From Ranitomeya imitator (Eukaryota): DNA of 64,000 nucleotides. The DNA is taken from positions 535,308,001 to 535,372,000 of the forward strand of contig NC_091282.1 of the NCBI RefSeq assembly GCF_032444005.1, written 5' to 3'. Within the stretch, counting starts at the first letter, position 1, and each line of letters opens with the position of its first letter. The notes below the pieces were generated by a model. The model saw only the letters and a program-made list of their open reading frames with translations. It ran no database searches and was not told where the DNA came from. Of this stretch, positions 49,788 through 62,550 are shown piece after piece. The translations under genes and the position numbers were made by a program.

Positions 49788-50539
49788 AGGTACCGTCACA
49801 CATAACGATTTCATTAACGATATCGTTGCTTTTTGTGACGTAGCAACGATATCGTTAACAAAATCGTTATGCGTGACAGCGACCAACGATCAGGCCCCTG
49901 CTGGGAGATCGTTGGTCGCTGGGAATGATCAGGACCTTTTATTTTGGTCGCTGATCACCCGCTGTCATCGCTGAATCGGCGTGTGTGACGCCTATCCAGC
50001 GATGTGTTCACTGGTAACCATGATAAACATCGGGTTACTAAGTGCAGGGCCGCGCTTAGTAACCCGATGTTTACCCTGGTTACCATTGTAAAAGTTAAAA
50101 AAAACAAACAGTACATACTTACATTCCGGTGTCTGTTCCCCGGCGTCAGCTTCCCGCACTGACTGTGTCAGCGCCGGCCGGCCGTAAAGCAGAGCACAGT
50201 GGTGACGTCACCGCTGTGCTCTGCTTTCCGGCCGGCCGGCGCTGACACAGTGCAGGGAAGTTGACGGCGCGGGACAGACACCGGAATGTAAGTATGTACT
50301 GTTTGTTTTTTTTTACTTTTACAATGGTAACTAGGGTAAACATCATGTTACTAAGCGCGGCCCTACGCTTAGTAACCCGATGTTTACCCTGGTTACCCGG
50401 GGACTTCGGCATCGTTGGTCGCTGGAGAGCTGTCTGTGTGACAGCTCTCCAGCGACCACACAACGACCTAAGCAGCGACGCTGCAGCGATCGGCATCGTT
50501 GTCTATATCGCTGCAGCGTCGCTAAATGTGACGGTACCT
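49788..50539. mobile_element. Harbinger-type MITE, related to 5091-6055
   Basis: TIR AGGTACCGTCACA / TGTGACGGTACCT; TAA and TTA flanks. Confidence 0.88.
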
Positions 50540-53409
50540 TTATAGAGCAGTGAAAACACTGTGTCTAACTTGCAACTTTCTGAAGCTGAACAGGCTTTAA
50601 CCCCTTAGTGACAGAGCCAATTTGGTACTTAATGAACAGGCCAATTTTTGCAATTCTGACCACTGTCACTTTATGAGGTTATAACTCTGGAACGCTTCAA
50701 CGGATCCCGCTGATTCTGAGATTGTTTTTTCGTGACATATTGTACTTCATGTTAGTGGTAACATTTCTTCGATATTACTTGCGATTATTTATGAAAAAAC
50801 GGAAATATGGTGAAAATTTTTAAAATTTTGCAATTTTCAAACTTTGTATTTTTATGCCCTTAAATCAGAGAGATATGTCACAAAAAATAGTTAATAAATA
50901 ACATTTCCCACATGTCTACTTTACATCAGCACAATTTTGGAAACAAAATTTTTTTTTGTTAGGGAGTTATAAGGGTTAAAAGTTGACCAGCAATTTCTCA
51001 TTTTTACAACACCATTTTTTTTTAGGGACCACATCACATTTGAAGTCATTTTGAGGGGTCTATATGATAGAAAATAACCAAGTGTGACACCATTCTAAAA
51101 ACTACACCCCTCAAGGTGCTCAAAACCACATTCAAGAAGTTTATTAACCCTTTACGTGCTTCACAGGAACTGAAACAATGTGGAAGGAAAAAATGAACAT
51201 TTAACTTTTTTTTGCAAACCTCTTAATTCAGAACCATTTTTTTTATTTTCACAAGTGTAAAAACAGAAGTGTAACCATAAATTTTGTTAAGCAATTTCTC
51301 CTGAATACGCCAATACCCCATATATGGGGGTAAACCACTTTTTGGGCGCACCGCAGAACTTAGAAGTGAAGGAGCGCCGTTTGACTTTTTCAATGCAGAA
51401 TTGGCTGGAATTGAGATCGGACGCCATGTCACGTTTAGAGAGCCCCTGATGTGCCTAAACAGTGGAAACTCCCCACAAGTGACACCATTTTGGAAACTAG
51501 ACCCCTTAAGGAACTTATCTAGATGTGTGGTGAGCACTTTGAACCCCCAAGTGCTTCACAGAAGTTTATAATGTAGAGCCGTGAAAATAAAAAATCGCTT
51601 TTGTTTACACAAAAATGATCTTTTCGCCCACAAATTCTTATTTTCACAAGGGTAACAGGAGAAATTAGACCACAAAAGTTGTTGTGCGATTTCTCCTGAA
51701 TACGTCGATACCCCATATGTGAGAGTAAACCACTGTTTGGGCGCACTGCAGAGCTTGGAAGTGAAGGAGCGCCGTTTTACTTTTTCAATGTAGAATTGGC
51801 TGGAATTGAGATTGGACGCCATGTCGCGTTTGGAGAGCCCCTGATGTGCCTAAACAGTGGAAACCCCCCACAAGTGACACCATTTTGGAAACTAGACCCC
51901 TTAAGGAACTTATCTAGATGTGTGGCGAGCACTTTGAACCCCCATGTGCTTCACAGAAGTTTATAACGTAGAGCCGTGAAAAAAAAAATTGCATTTTTTC
52001 TACAAAAATGATCTTTTTGCCCACAAATTTTTATTTTCACAAGGTAAAAGGAGAAATTAGACCACGAAAGTTGTTGTGCAATTTCTCCTGAGTACGTCGA
52101 TACCCAATATGTGGGGGTAAACCACTGTTTGGGCGCACCGCAGAGCTTGAAAGAGAAAGAGTGCCGTTTTACTTTTTCAATGTAGAATTGGCTGGAATTG
52201 AGATCGGACGCCATGTCGCGTTTGGAGAGCCCTGATGTGCCTAAACAGTAGAAATCCCCCACAAGTGACCCCATTTTGGAAACTAGACCCCCCATGGAAC
52301 TTATCTAGATGTGTGGTGAGAACCTTGAATGCCCAAGTGCTTCACAGAAGTTTATAATGCAGAGCCGTGAAAATAAAAAATATTTTTTTTCCACAAAAAA
52401 GATATTGTAGCCCCCAAGTTTTTATTTTCACAAGGGTAACAAGAGAAATTGGACCCCAAAAGTTGTTGTCGAATTTGTCCTGAGTATGCTGGTACCACAT
52501 ATGTGGGGGTAAACCACTGTTTGGGCGCACGGCAGAGCTCGGAAGGAAGGAACGCCGTTTTGGAATGCAGACTTTGATAGAATGGTCTGCGGGTATTATG
52601 TTGCGTTTGCAGAGCCCCTGATGTACCTAACCAGTAGAAACCCTCCACAAGTGACCCCATTTTGGAAACTAGACCCCCCAAGGAACTTATCTAGATGTGT
52701 GGTGAGAACTTTGAATGCCCAAGTGCTTCACAGAAGTTTAGAATGCAGAGTCGTGAAAATAAAAAATATTTTTTTTTCCACAAAAAAGATATTGTAGCCC
52801 CCAAGTTTTTATTTTCACAAGGGTAACAGGAGAAATTGGACTGCAATAGTTGTTGTGCAATTTATCCCGAGTATGCTGATGCGCCATATGTGGGGGTAAA
52901 CCACTGTTTGGGCGCACGGCAGAGCTCGGAAGGGAAGGAGCGCCTTTTTGGAATGCAGACTTTGATAGAATGGTCTGTGGGCATTATGTTGCGATTGCAG
53001 AGCCCCTGATATACCTAAACTGTAGTAACCCCCCACAAGTGACCCCATTTTGGAAACTAGACCCCCCAAGGAACTTATCTAGATGTGTGGTGAGAACTTT
53101 GAATGCCCAAGTGCTTCACAGAAGTTTAGAATGCAGAGTCGTGAAAATAAAAAATATTTTTTTTTTTCACAAAAAAGATATTGTAGCCCCCAAGTTTTTA
53201 TTTTCACAAGGGTAACAAGAGAAATTGGACCCCAGAAGTTGTTGTCCAATTTATCCCGAGTACGCTGATGCCCCATATGTGGGGGTAACCCACTGTTTGG
53301 GCGCACAGCAGAGCTCAGAAGGGAGGGAGCACCATTTGACTTTTTGAGCGCAAAATTGGCTGTCGTGTTTGGAGACCCCCTGATGTACAGTGGAAACCCC
53401 CCAATTCTA

Positions 53410-54281
53410 GCTCCAACCCTAACCCCAACACACCCCTAACCCTAATCCCAACCTGATCCATAATCCTAATCACTAACCCTAACCATAATCACAACCCTTA
53501 CTCCAAAACAACCCTAATGTCAACCCTAACCATAACCCTAATCAAAACCCTAAATCCAACACACCCCTAATCCTAATCTCAACCCTAACCTCAAACCTAA
53601 CCCTAATCCCAATACACCCCTAATCACAACCCTAACCATAACCCTAATCCCAAACCTAACCCTAATCCCAAGCGTAACCCAAATGCCAACCCTAACCCTA
53701 ATGCCAACCCTAATCCAAACCCCTAACCCTAATCCCAGCTCTAACCCTAACTTTAGCCCCAACCCTAGCCCTAACTTTAGCCCCAACCCTAACCCTAGCC
53801 CTAAGGCTACTTTCACACTTGCGTCGTTTGGCATTCCGTCGCAATCCGTCGTTTTGGACAAGAAACGGATCCTGCAAATGTGCCCGCAGGATGCGTTTTT
53901 TGCCCATAGACTTGTATTGCCGACGGATCGTGACGGATGGCCACACGTCGTGTCCGTCGTGCACTGGATCAGTTGTGTTTTGGCGGAGCGTCGGCACAAA
54001 AAAACGTTCAATGAAACGTTTTTTTGTACGTCGCATCCGCCATTTCTGACCGCGCATGCGTGGCCGTAACTCCGCCCCCTCCTCCCCAGGACATAGATTG
54101 GGCAGCGGATGCATTGAAAAACTACAGCTGCTGCCCACATTGTGCACAATTTTCACAACGTGCATCGGTATGTCGGGCCGATGCATTGCGACGGCCCCGT
54201 ACCGACGTAAGTGTGAAAGAAGCCTAACCCTAAATTTAGCCCCAACCCTAACCCTAAATTTAGCCCCAACCCAAACCCTAT
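53410..54281 (-). repeat. Degenerate (CCCTAA)n telomere-like array, interrupted by a MITE and running into the gap
   Basis: Directly visible. Confidence 0.9.
53805..54224. mobile_element. Harbinger-type MITE inserted in the telomere-like array
   Basis: TAA TSD at 53802-53804 and 54225-54227; TIR GGCTACTTTCACACTTGCGTCG / CGACGTAAGTGTGAAAGAAGCC. Confidence 0.9.
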
Positions 54282-54435
54282 NNNNNNNNNNNNNNNNNNN
54301 NNNNNNNNNNNNNNNNNNNNNNNNNNNNNNNNNNNNNNNNNNNNNNNNNNNNNNNNNNNNNNNNNNNNNNNNNNNNNNNNNNNNNNNNNNNNNNNNNNNN
54401 NNNNNNNNNNNNNNNNNNNNNNNNNNNNNNNNNNN
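54282..54435. other. Assembly gap (154 N)
   Basis: Run of N. Confidence 1.
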
Positions 54436-56692
54436 CTGCTGTTCTCCGGCCGGCAGATGGAGACAGATGGCGGGCGCACTGGGCATGCGTCCGCCATGTT
54501 CTTCTGCCGGTGGCCAGAATCCCCCTATTTCTCTGTCCTCTGATGTGCGATCACATCAGAGGACAGAGAATTACACTTTACCTTTTTTTTGCGGTCGCCG
54601 GTAAACAGTTAATTACCGGCGATCGCAAAACAGGGGTCGGTAAAACCGACCCCGATCATGCTCTTTGGGGTCTCGGCTACCCCCTGCAGCCGAGACCCCA
54701 AAGATTCTCCCGGTGCCGGCCGGCGGGCGCACTGCGCATGCGCCCGCCATGTTAAAGATGGTGGCGCCCACCGGGAGACACGAGGAGCATCGGGGGAGCT
54801 AGGTGAGTATTGGGGGGCCACCTGGGACCCCTTTTCTCTGTCCTCCGATGTACGATCACATCGGAGGACGGAGAAATTAAAAAGAGATCGCTTTTTTGTT
54901 TTTTTTTTGCGATCGCCGGCAAACGGTTAATTACCGGCGATCGCAAATGCGGGGTGGGTTAAAAAACCCCCGAATCATGTTCTCTGACCCCGGAGAAAAT
55001 CGGCCTGTGGGGGGCGCTATTTACTTTTTCCACAGCGCCGTTAATTAATGGCGCTGTGGTTTAAGTACCCTTAGCGTCCGCCGTTAAAAGGCGTATCGGC
55101 GGTCGCTAAGGGGTTAATGTTAGTCAGAAAACATACACCTTTTCCTCAAACCATTTTCAATAGGTGTAAGACAACAACTCTAAAGTTTGCAGAAAAGTGA
55201 TATCAAAACACAGATCTCCCAATCCCTGCGTGCATTTCTTTTAACTGAAAGTCTTATGACATTGAAAGAGCTTCTGTTAAAAGGCTCCACTCCTGAACTA
55301 GTTAGTATGGCATTCATTTCTACAAATAACAGTGTCTTCTTGTCATCCCGGTATAATGCTGATCACCTTTAGAGATTTCGTCTCGCTCTGTGTTTTTCTC
55401 TAGTTGAATAATTTATTGTACCTTGATGTTATCAGATCAGTTGTTTTCATGAAAGGTTTGCATAGATGGAGCCTTTATCAAGGTTTACCTTCCCATTCTT
55501 CACCAGCGACAAAATTGCACCATGTTTATCAAAGTTAAAAATGGTAATTTTGTTTATCGACAAGTAATGTCCTAGAAAATAAGGGATTCTTGAAGCATTT
55601 AAGTGGTATTCCAGCATACTTGGAGTGGCATTGGTAAATATTTTTTGAGATATGCTCTTTTATCACAAATGCATTAATTCAGCGATGTTCTAGTGTAAAA
55701 CTGAATATCCAAAGTAAAAAACAATAAATCATTTTCTATTTAAAATAGTTAACAAGTTTTAAGTGTATAGTGGAATAGTAGGTATGTTTTACTTGTCAGT
55801 TGGACATTAAAGGCCCCTGTTCACATTAGACCAATGTTGGCCAAACGTGCCGATATCAACAGAGGGTGGTGGGCAACTGATGGTCAGCAGAGATGTCGAT
55901 AGCGCATGTCTGATTTCGGACTGCTGATCGCATCATTCTTTTCGAGATAAGTTGCCATTCAACATGTCATTTTCCTAAAGAACACTGGAGCACTCGGCCA
56001 AATGAGCGTTCTTCTGTATGGAATTGTTGGCGGAGATGGCTCTTGGCCAAACAATTGTTCGAAGCATTGTTCTCCGTCAGCCTTCTAAAGTTTATAGCCA
56101 ACTTATGTCAGTGTCTTACATACCATAAAGGTAGACCACACTACTAATAAGGGGCCTGTAAAGTACGGGAGGTGGGGGACAACACTGAACTGCTTCAGCT
56201 GTTTCCTTTCACATGGTTATTAAGGAAAATAATAAAACATTTTATACAAGTGCCACTAGGTTGGAGCTCATAGCATGAAGAAGTTATCCAAGTAGCATGT
56301 GGGAGCTGCATAATTCTGTATGTACTGAATTCTTCTGAATAGTAGTTGCAGACTTTATTGCGATATTTAAAATTAAGAAAAATAGATGCACATTTATATA
56401 GAAACATACACTTATACAAACATAATATCTTTCCCTTTTTGTAGTGAGTTTTAATATGACGTTGTTACTGCTATAACCCCTCATATGATCCCTCAAGACA
56501 GTTAGAGCCCTAGATAGGCAGACATTTGGGAAACAAACCTCTTTTGGAACACTCGTTCATTATTATTGACTGCCTCAGCAGAACAGCAAATACCCGATGA
56601 ATGAGCAAAACGCTTGTTCATTGGGTGCAAGAATTTTGAAGCTGGATTATCCTCCTTTATAAACAGGTGATATGCTGCCGATAATATATCAC

Positions 56693-57110
56693 TAAAGGGG
56701 TTGTCCACTACTATGACAACCCCTTCTTGATAAAAATGTTTGTCCCCTATAAAATAATAAAGCCTTTACTTGCCTCCCATGCCGGCGCCACTTCGCTGTG
56801 TCGGCACTCGCTCTCCTGGGGCTCCCATGCGGTTGCGTCACTGTACCTGCCTTCGGACAAATCGAAGATGACGAGGAAGTCTGGGCTGCAGCTAATCTCT
56901 GGCTTCCTTTTCCTGCTCAAGTCAACAAGAGGCCGGGATAGTGACACCAGTGCTCATGTGTTACAACAACAGCACAGGAGCCCCAGGAGACTGAGTTCCG
57001 ACACCGCGGGAACGGCACCAGCACAGGAGCGATGTATATGCTTTATCATTTTATGGGGGCCAAGCGAGGAGCATGAGAAGAAGTTGTCCAAGTAGTGGAC
57101 AACTTCTTTC
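56693..57110. mobile_element. T2/Kolobok-type MITE
   Basis: AAAGGGGTTGTCCACTACT ... AGTAGTGGACAACTTCTTT termini. Confidence 0.75.
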
Positions 57111-58319
57111 ATGCAATCACTCTGTGCGTACAGAAGAGTGGTTGGGTGGACTAAGGACACCATTAAATGACCACCGATTGGACTTTATGAACTATGATTG
57201 TACCGTGTAAGCCTGACATAAATTAACTCACTGTACATTTATTCTAAAACTGATGCCTTATTCACCTTTTTTTTGCTTGTCTGCCAAAACAGGGGTAGTC
57301 ACAGACAGAGCAAAGGGAAAGAGAGGGGAGAGATCAAGGACCACGTAGTCTTATAAAATTCTGTCACTTGATGGCAAGAGTGTAGCTGCAAAATGACCAT
57401 CTTACACATGCTAATGGGTCTTGGTGACCGTTTCCTTTTAATTGTGTCAGTCCAGCGTTTAGTGATTTTTACTAGTTGAAAGTAGATGCTTTAGAATAGT
57501 ATATGAAGTAACATGGAGGTGGTCATACTCACATTTTTAATGGCCATCTTGAAATAGTAATGGGTTCTTCTTTCTCCATCCTATTAGGTTCCTATGAGAC
57601 AACCTCTCTAGTGGTTCTCATATCTCTTTCTTCCCCATATGTTTTTCTAAACAAGACACAATGCAGCCAAATTATTCAAACACTTCAGTGTTTCTAGTGT
57701 CAAATTTCAGCTTTGAGCGCATTAATTAGGCAGCAAAATCATTATGTCTTCTTGAGAGACTAGGGATTTTTGTTTGCCTTTGAGAAATCATTGAAACTCT
57801 CACAAAACATAAAAAATAGGCAGAATTCTGTCATAAAACAAAATAAATATGTATCTGATTTCCCTCATTTGTCTATTTTTTTTCTAATTTGTATTTACTT
57901 ATTTAAAAGCCCAGTAGATTAGTGGCTATATGAGTATGGTGTAGAGGATGTAAAGGATGCTTTGATTTTAACGACATATATTTAAGTACCGTAGCTTTAT
58001 ATATTATGGTACAAATATCGTAAAAATGCATTAACCACTTGCGGGCCACCTGTCCTTAGACCAATCGTCTCTTATGACCTAATAGGAGATGTACTGTATG
58101 TAGCGATAATGAATAAACACTAGGCTAGATGCAAACGAGCATGTGCTCTTTCGTCGGACATAATCGGGACGATTATGCTAATCACACTCTGATCCGAGTG
58201 TGATGAGTCTCTCAGATAAGGAGAAAATAGAGAAAAAAAAATGTCTCCATCTTCTTCATTCTGTCACTGTGTGAAAATCCGACTGCACTCAGATGTAATC
58301 AGAGTTCAGTTCAATATTT

Positions 58320-59259
58320 TGCATGGACCAACCAGGGGAGGTAATCTGCTGGATCTGGTTCTGTCGAATAAACCAGATACAATTTCAGATCTCCAGGTCA
58401 GAGAGCATTTGGGAAGCAGTGACCATAACATGGTAAGTTTCAATATAATTGTCAAACATTCGAAAAGGGGGAATGCCAAAACCAGGAACTTTAAGAAAGC
58501 TGATTTCAACAAATTAAGGGAAGATCTTAACAGTGTGGGCTGGGACCACGTCATGGTAACTGGGGATACCAAGCATAAATAGGGTATATTTAAGGAACTA
58601 CTACTAGAATCTTGCAGAAAACTTATACCCTCTGGTAATAAAATGTCAAGGAATAAAAGGAAACCGTTATGGATAAATAAGACAGTACAAAGTTTAATAA
58701 GACAAATAAAAAGGGCATTCAAAATCTTGAAAGCCGAGAATACTGAAATAGCACTCCAGGAGTATAAAGATCTTAATAAGACATGTAAAAAAAGAAATCA
58801 AGTAAGCAAAGTTATCTACAGAGTAACAAATCACCAACAACATTAAAATAAATCCCAAATTTTTTTTATAAATACATCAATGCCAAAAAGAAAAAAATAG
58901 ATGGTATTGGCCCCTTAAAAGATGACAGTAACAAGATATTTAACGAGAACATAGAAAAGGATGAGATATTAAACAGGCACTTTTCATCCGTGTTCACTAA
59001 TGAACTGTCTGTTACAGGGATCATTCAGCAAGGCAAAAATCAAAATTCACAACCTGATATAATTAATTTAACACAAAAAGAAGTGCATCTACGTCTGAGC
59101 AATTTAAATATTGACAAATCCCCTGGCCCTCAGATTCATCCACGGATACTGTGGGAATTGAGCTCTATAACTGACAGACCGCTGTATCTTATATTCTTAA
59201 ACTCTCTTGTAACGGGGTGGTGGCACAGAATTGGAGGATGGCTCACATGGTACCAATAT
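58320..59259 (+). mobile_element. Decayed CR1 LINE fragment (endonuclease C-terminus to start of RT), cut by a TTAA element
   Basis: PTRGGNLLDLVL, LGSSDHNMV, FKKADFNKLR, KPLWINK and KSPGP motifs; stops and frameshifts. Confidence 0.88.
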
Positions 59260-60744
59260 TTAATCCCTTTCTGACATCTGAGTACTATTCCGTCGAGGTG
59301 GTATGAGCCACCGATGGGATAGTACGTTATCACCGATCAGCTGCGCTCACGGGGGGAGCGTGGCCGATTGGGGCCAGGTTTCAGCTATCGCAGCTGACAT
59401 CCGGTCTTATGTGCCAGGAGCGGTCACGGACTGCTCCTGGCACATTAACCCCGCAACACTGTGATCAAAGATGTTTGCAGCGTTCCGGTGGCACAGGGAA
59501 GCATCGCACAGGGAGGGGGCTCCCTGCGTGCTTCCCTGAGACCATCGGAGCAACGCGATGTGATCGCATTGCTCCGAGGGTCTATTACCTCCTCCTCCCT
59601 GCAGGCCCGGATCCAAAATGGCCGCGGGGGGCCTTCCGGGTCCTGGATGGTGGTGGCTTGCAAGCGCCTGCTCAGATCAGGTGCCAGCAAGCCTCCTGCA
59701 GTATCTGTGTGATCGCTGATCTGACACAGTGCACTGAAAAGTGTCAGATCAGCGATCTGTGACACTATAGCATAATGTCCCCCCTGGGGCAATGTAAAAA
59801 CATTTAAAAAATATATATATTTACATGTGTAAAAAAAAGAAGAAAAAAAAACAATTCCTAAATAAAGAAAAAAAACAAAATATCATTCCAATAAAAACAT
59901 TTTTTTATCCAAATAAAAAAACAAAACAATAAATGAACACATATTTAGTATCGCCGTGTCTGTAATGACCGGACCTATAAAACTGTCCCACTACTTAACC
60001 CCTTCAGTGAACACCATTAAAAAAGAGGCAAAAATCGACGCTTTATTATCATACCGCCAAACGAAAAGTGGAATAACCCGCGATCAAAAAGACAGATATA
60101 AATAACCATGGTCCTGCTGAAAATGTCATCGTGTCCCGCAAAAAACGAGCCACCATACAGCGTCATCAACAAAAAAATAAAATTTATAATCCTCAGAATA
60201 AAGTGATGCAAAAATAATTAAAATTAAAATAAATAAAATTTATAATCCTCAGAATAAAGTGATGCAAAAATAATTATTTTTTATATAAAATAGTTTTTAT
60301 CGTCTGAAAGCGCAAAAACATAAAAAAGATATAAATGAGGTATTGCTGTAATCGTACTGACCCGAAGAATAAAACTGCTTTATCAATTTTACCAAACGTG
60401 GAATGGTATAAGTGCCCCCCCAAAAGAAATTCATGAATAGCTGTTTTTTGTTCATTCTACCTCACAAAAATCGGAATAAAAAGCGATCAAAAAATGTCCC
60501 ATGCCCGAAAATGGTACCAATAAAAACGCCAACTCGTCCCACAAAAAACAAGATGTCATATGACTCTGTGGACCAAAATATGGAAAAATTATAGCTCTCA
60601 AAATGTGGAGATGCAAAAACTATTTTTTGCAATAAAAAGCGTCTTTTAGTGTGTGACGGCTGCCAATCATAAAAACTCCCCTTCATCGCCCCCTTAGTTA
60701 GGGAAAAATAATAAAATTTAAAAAAATGTATTTATTTCCATTTT

Positions 60745-60965
60745 CCCATTAGGGTTAGGGTTGGGGTTAGGTTTAGGGTTGGGACTAAAGTTAGGGTTGG
60801 GGTTAGGGTCGGGGTTAAGGTTGGGGCTAAAGTCAGGGTTGGGGCTAAATTAGGGTTAGGGTTGGGGCTAAAGTTAGGGTTTGGATTACATTTACAGTTG
60901 GGATTAGGGTTGGGGTTAGGGTTATGGTTGGGATTAGAGTTAGGGGTGTGTTTAGGCTAGGGTTT
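60745..60965 (+). repeat. Degenerate telomere-like array inside copy 3
   Basis: Same internal flanks as 10738-10960. Confidence 0.9.
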
Positions 60966-61387
60966 CAGTTAGAATTGGGGGGGGGTTCCACTGTTTAGGC
61001 ACATCAGGGGCTCTCCAAACGCAACATGGCGTCCGATCTCAATTCCAGCCAATTCTGCGTTGAAAAAGTAAAACAGTGCTCCTTCCCTTCCGAGCTCTCC
61101 GTGCTTCCAAACGGGTTTACCCCAACATATGGGGTATCAGCATACTTAGGACAAATTGGACGACACCTTTTGGTGCCCAATTTCTCCTGTTACCCTTGGG
61201 AAAATACAAAACTGGGGGCTAAAAAATAATTTTTGTGGAAAAAAAAAAGATTTTTTATTTTCACATCTCTCTGTTATAAACTGTAGTGAAACACTTGGGG
61301 GAGCAAAGTTCTCACAACACATCTAGATAAATTCCTTGGGGGGTCTAGTTTCCAATATAGGGTCACTTGGGGGTTTCTACTGTTTAA

Positions 61388-61468
61388 CACTATAAGTCCC
61401 AGAGAGGGGTCATTTAACATTTCTACATTTGGAACATTTGGAGCTCGAAATTTCTGGGACTTCTAGTG
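61388..61468. mobile_element. 81-bp micro-MITE, copy 2
   Basis: TTAA TSD at 61384-61387 and 61469-61472; near-identical to 37451-37531. Confidence 0.88.
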
Positions 61469-62550
61469 TTAAGTACATCAGGGGATCTGCAAATGCAATG
61501 TGACGCCTGCAGACCAATCCATCTAAGTCTGCATTCCAAACGGCACGCCTTCCCTTCAGAGCTCTGCCATGCGCCCAAACGGTGGTTCCCCCCCACATAT
61601 GGGGTATCAGCGTACTCAGGACAAATTGGACAACACCTTTTGGTGCCCAATTTCTCCTGTTACCCTTGGGAAAATACAAAACTGGGGGCTAAAAAATAAT
61701 TTTTGTGGAAAAAAAAGAATTTTTATTTTCACAGCTCTGCGTTCTAAACTGTAGTGAAACACTTGGAGGTTCAAAGTTTTCACAACACATCTAGATAAGT
61801 TTCTTAGGGGGGCTTCTTTCCAAAATGGTGTCACTTGTGGGGGGTTTCAATGTTTAGGCACATCAGGGGTTCTCCAAACGCGATATGGCGTCCCATCTCA
61901 ATTCCAGTCAATTTTGCATTGAAAAGTCAAATGGCGCTCCTTCCCTTCCGAGCTCTGCCATGTGCCCAAACAGTGGTTTACCCCCACATATGGGGTATCA
62001 GCGTACTGAGGATAAATTGTAAAACAACTTTTGGGGTCCAATTTCTCCTGTTACCCTTGGTAAAATAAAACAAATTGGAGCTGAATTAAATTATTTGTGA
62101 AAAAAGTTAAATGTTCATTTTGTTTTAAGCATTCCAAAAATTCCCGTGAAACACCTGAAGGGTTAATAAACTTCTTGAATGTGGTTTTGAGAACCTTGAG
62201 GGGTGCAGTTTTTAGAATGGTGTCAAACTTGGGTATTTTCTATCATATAGACCCCTCAAAATTACTTCAAATGAGATGTGGTCCCTAAAAAAAATGGTGT
62301 TGTAAAAATGAGAAATTGCTGGTCAACTTTTAACCCTTATAACTCCCTAACAAAAAAAAACAATTGGTCCCAAAATTGTGCTAATGTAAAGTAGACATGT
62401 GGGAAATGTTACTTATTAAGTATTTTGTGTGACATATCTCTGAGTATAGTCATGAAAATACAGAAAAAGCCCGTCGCTGAATCAGAAACGTGAGATGTCT
62501 ACGTCCTTTATGACATCATCGTCGCTGTGCCCGTTGCTGATTGTTGATTA

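Larger units (their letters stand above)
50601..55113 (-). mobile_element. piggyBac-like non-autonomous TTAA element (copy 2, inverted, expanded, spans the gap)
   Basis: TTAA at 50597-50600 and 55114-55117; CCCCTTAG...CTAAGGGG termini; about six ~390-bp units; (CCCTAA)n array. Continuity across the N gap is assumed. Confidence 0.8.
59264..62442 (+). mobile_element. piggyBac-like non-autonomous TTAA element (copy 3, right end truncated)
   Basis: TTAA at 59260-59263; left end homologous to 9297; collinear with copy 1 until 62442. Confidence 0.85.

Noticed and set aside
53410-54435. True telomere or chromosome-fusion site next to the gap
   Set aside because: The repeats are degenerate, one-directional and embedded in a TTAA element whose relatives carry the same array.
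53550-54604. GL-repeat and PN-repeat ORFs, and ORFs crossing the N run
   Set aside because: Translations of telomere-like hexamers and of gap characters.
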